Shown here in pieces: positions 63,924-64,000 of a DNA stretch of 64,000 nucleotides. A program made the position numbers and the translations under genes. The DNA is from Callorhinchus milii (Eukaryota), in the NCBI RefSeq assembly GCF_018977255.1, contig NW_024704743.1:27034001-27098000 (forward strand), read 5' to 3'. The first letter of the stretch is position 1. Every line of letters begins with the position of its first letter. Under the pieces are notes generated by a model. The model saw only the letters and a program-made list of their open reading frames with translations, was not told the origin of the DNA and did no database searches.

Positions 63924-64000
63924 TTTCTAGTAAAAGGAGGAGACCAACCAATACATTGAACTAGTTCCTGTGTTTCATTATTAGATCATACGCAGATCTT

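Noticed and set aside
1..64000. CRISPR arrays, operons or other prokaryotic systems
   Set aside because: The sequence is vertebrate-like. The recurring 35-bp stem-loop is a dispersed LINE/SINE tail, not a regularly spaced repeat-spacer array.

Overview
Eukaryotic, AT-rich, repeat-dense non-coding DNA (a large intron or intergenic interval). The repeat set (L2 and CR1 LINEs, a tRNA-Ala-headed SINE with an L2-type tail, DeuSINE-type SINEs, Penelope-type 3' ends) fits a cartilaginous fish, most likely a holocephalan such as Callorhinchus. That assignment is my inference from recalled repeat sequences, not a database result. I recognise no host protein-coding gene. All long ORFs are decayed LINE reverse-transcriptase fragments, and only low-confidence splice-bounded exon candidates remain. 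Four observations stand out. (1) Three Penelope-type insertions each have an 11-15 bp target-site duplication (TSD), a terminal inversion and a minimal hammerhead-ribozyme motif; the best copy is at 37299-37335. (2) The L2 LINE and the SINE share a 3' stem-loop with a compensatory base-pair change, and four ultra-short inserts start at the base of that stem. (3) An old, unassigned non-LTR family carries a CCHC knuckle and a 3' hairpin. (4) A hairpin-dense block with a pseudoknot or switch arrangement lies at about 56.46-56.66 kb. Repeat boundaries were read by eye and are approximate unless a TSD is quoted.
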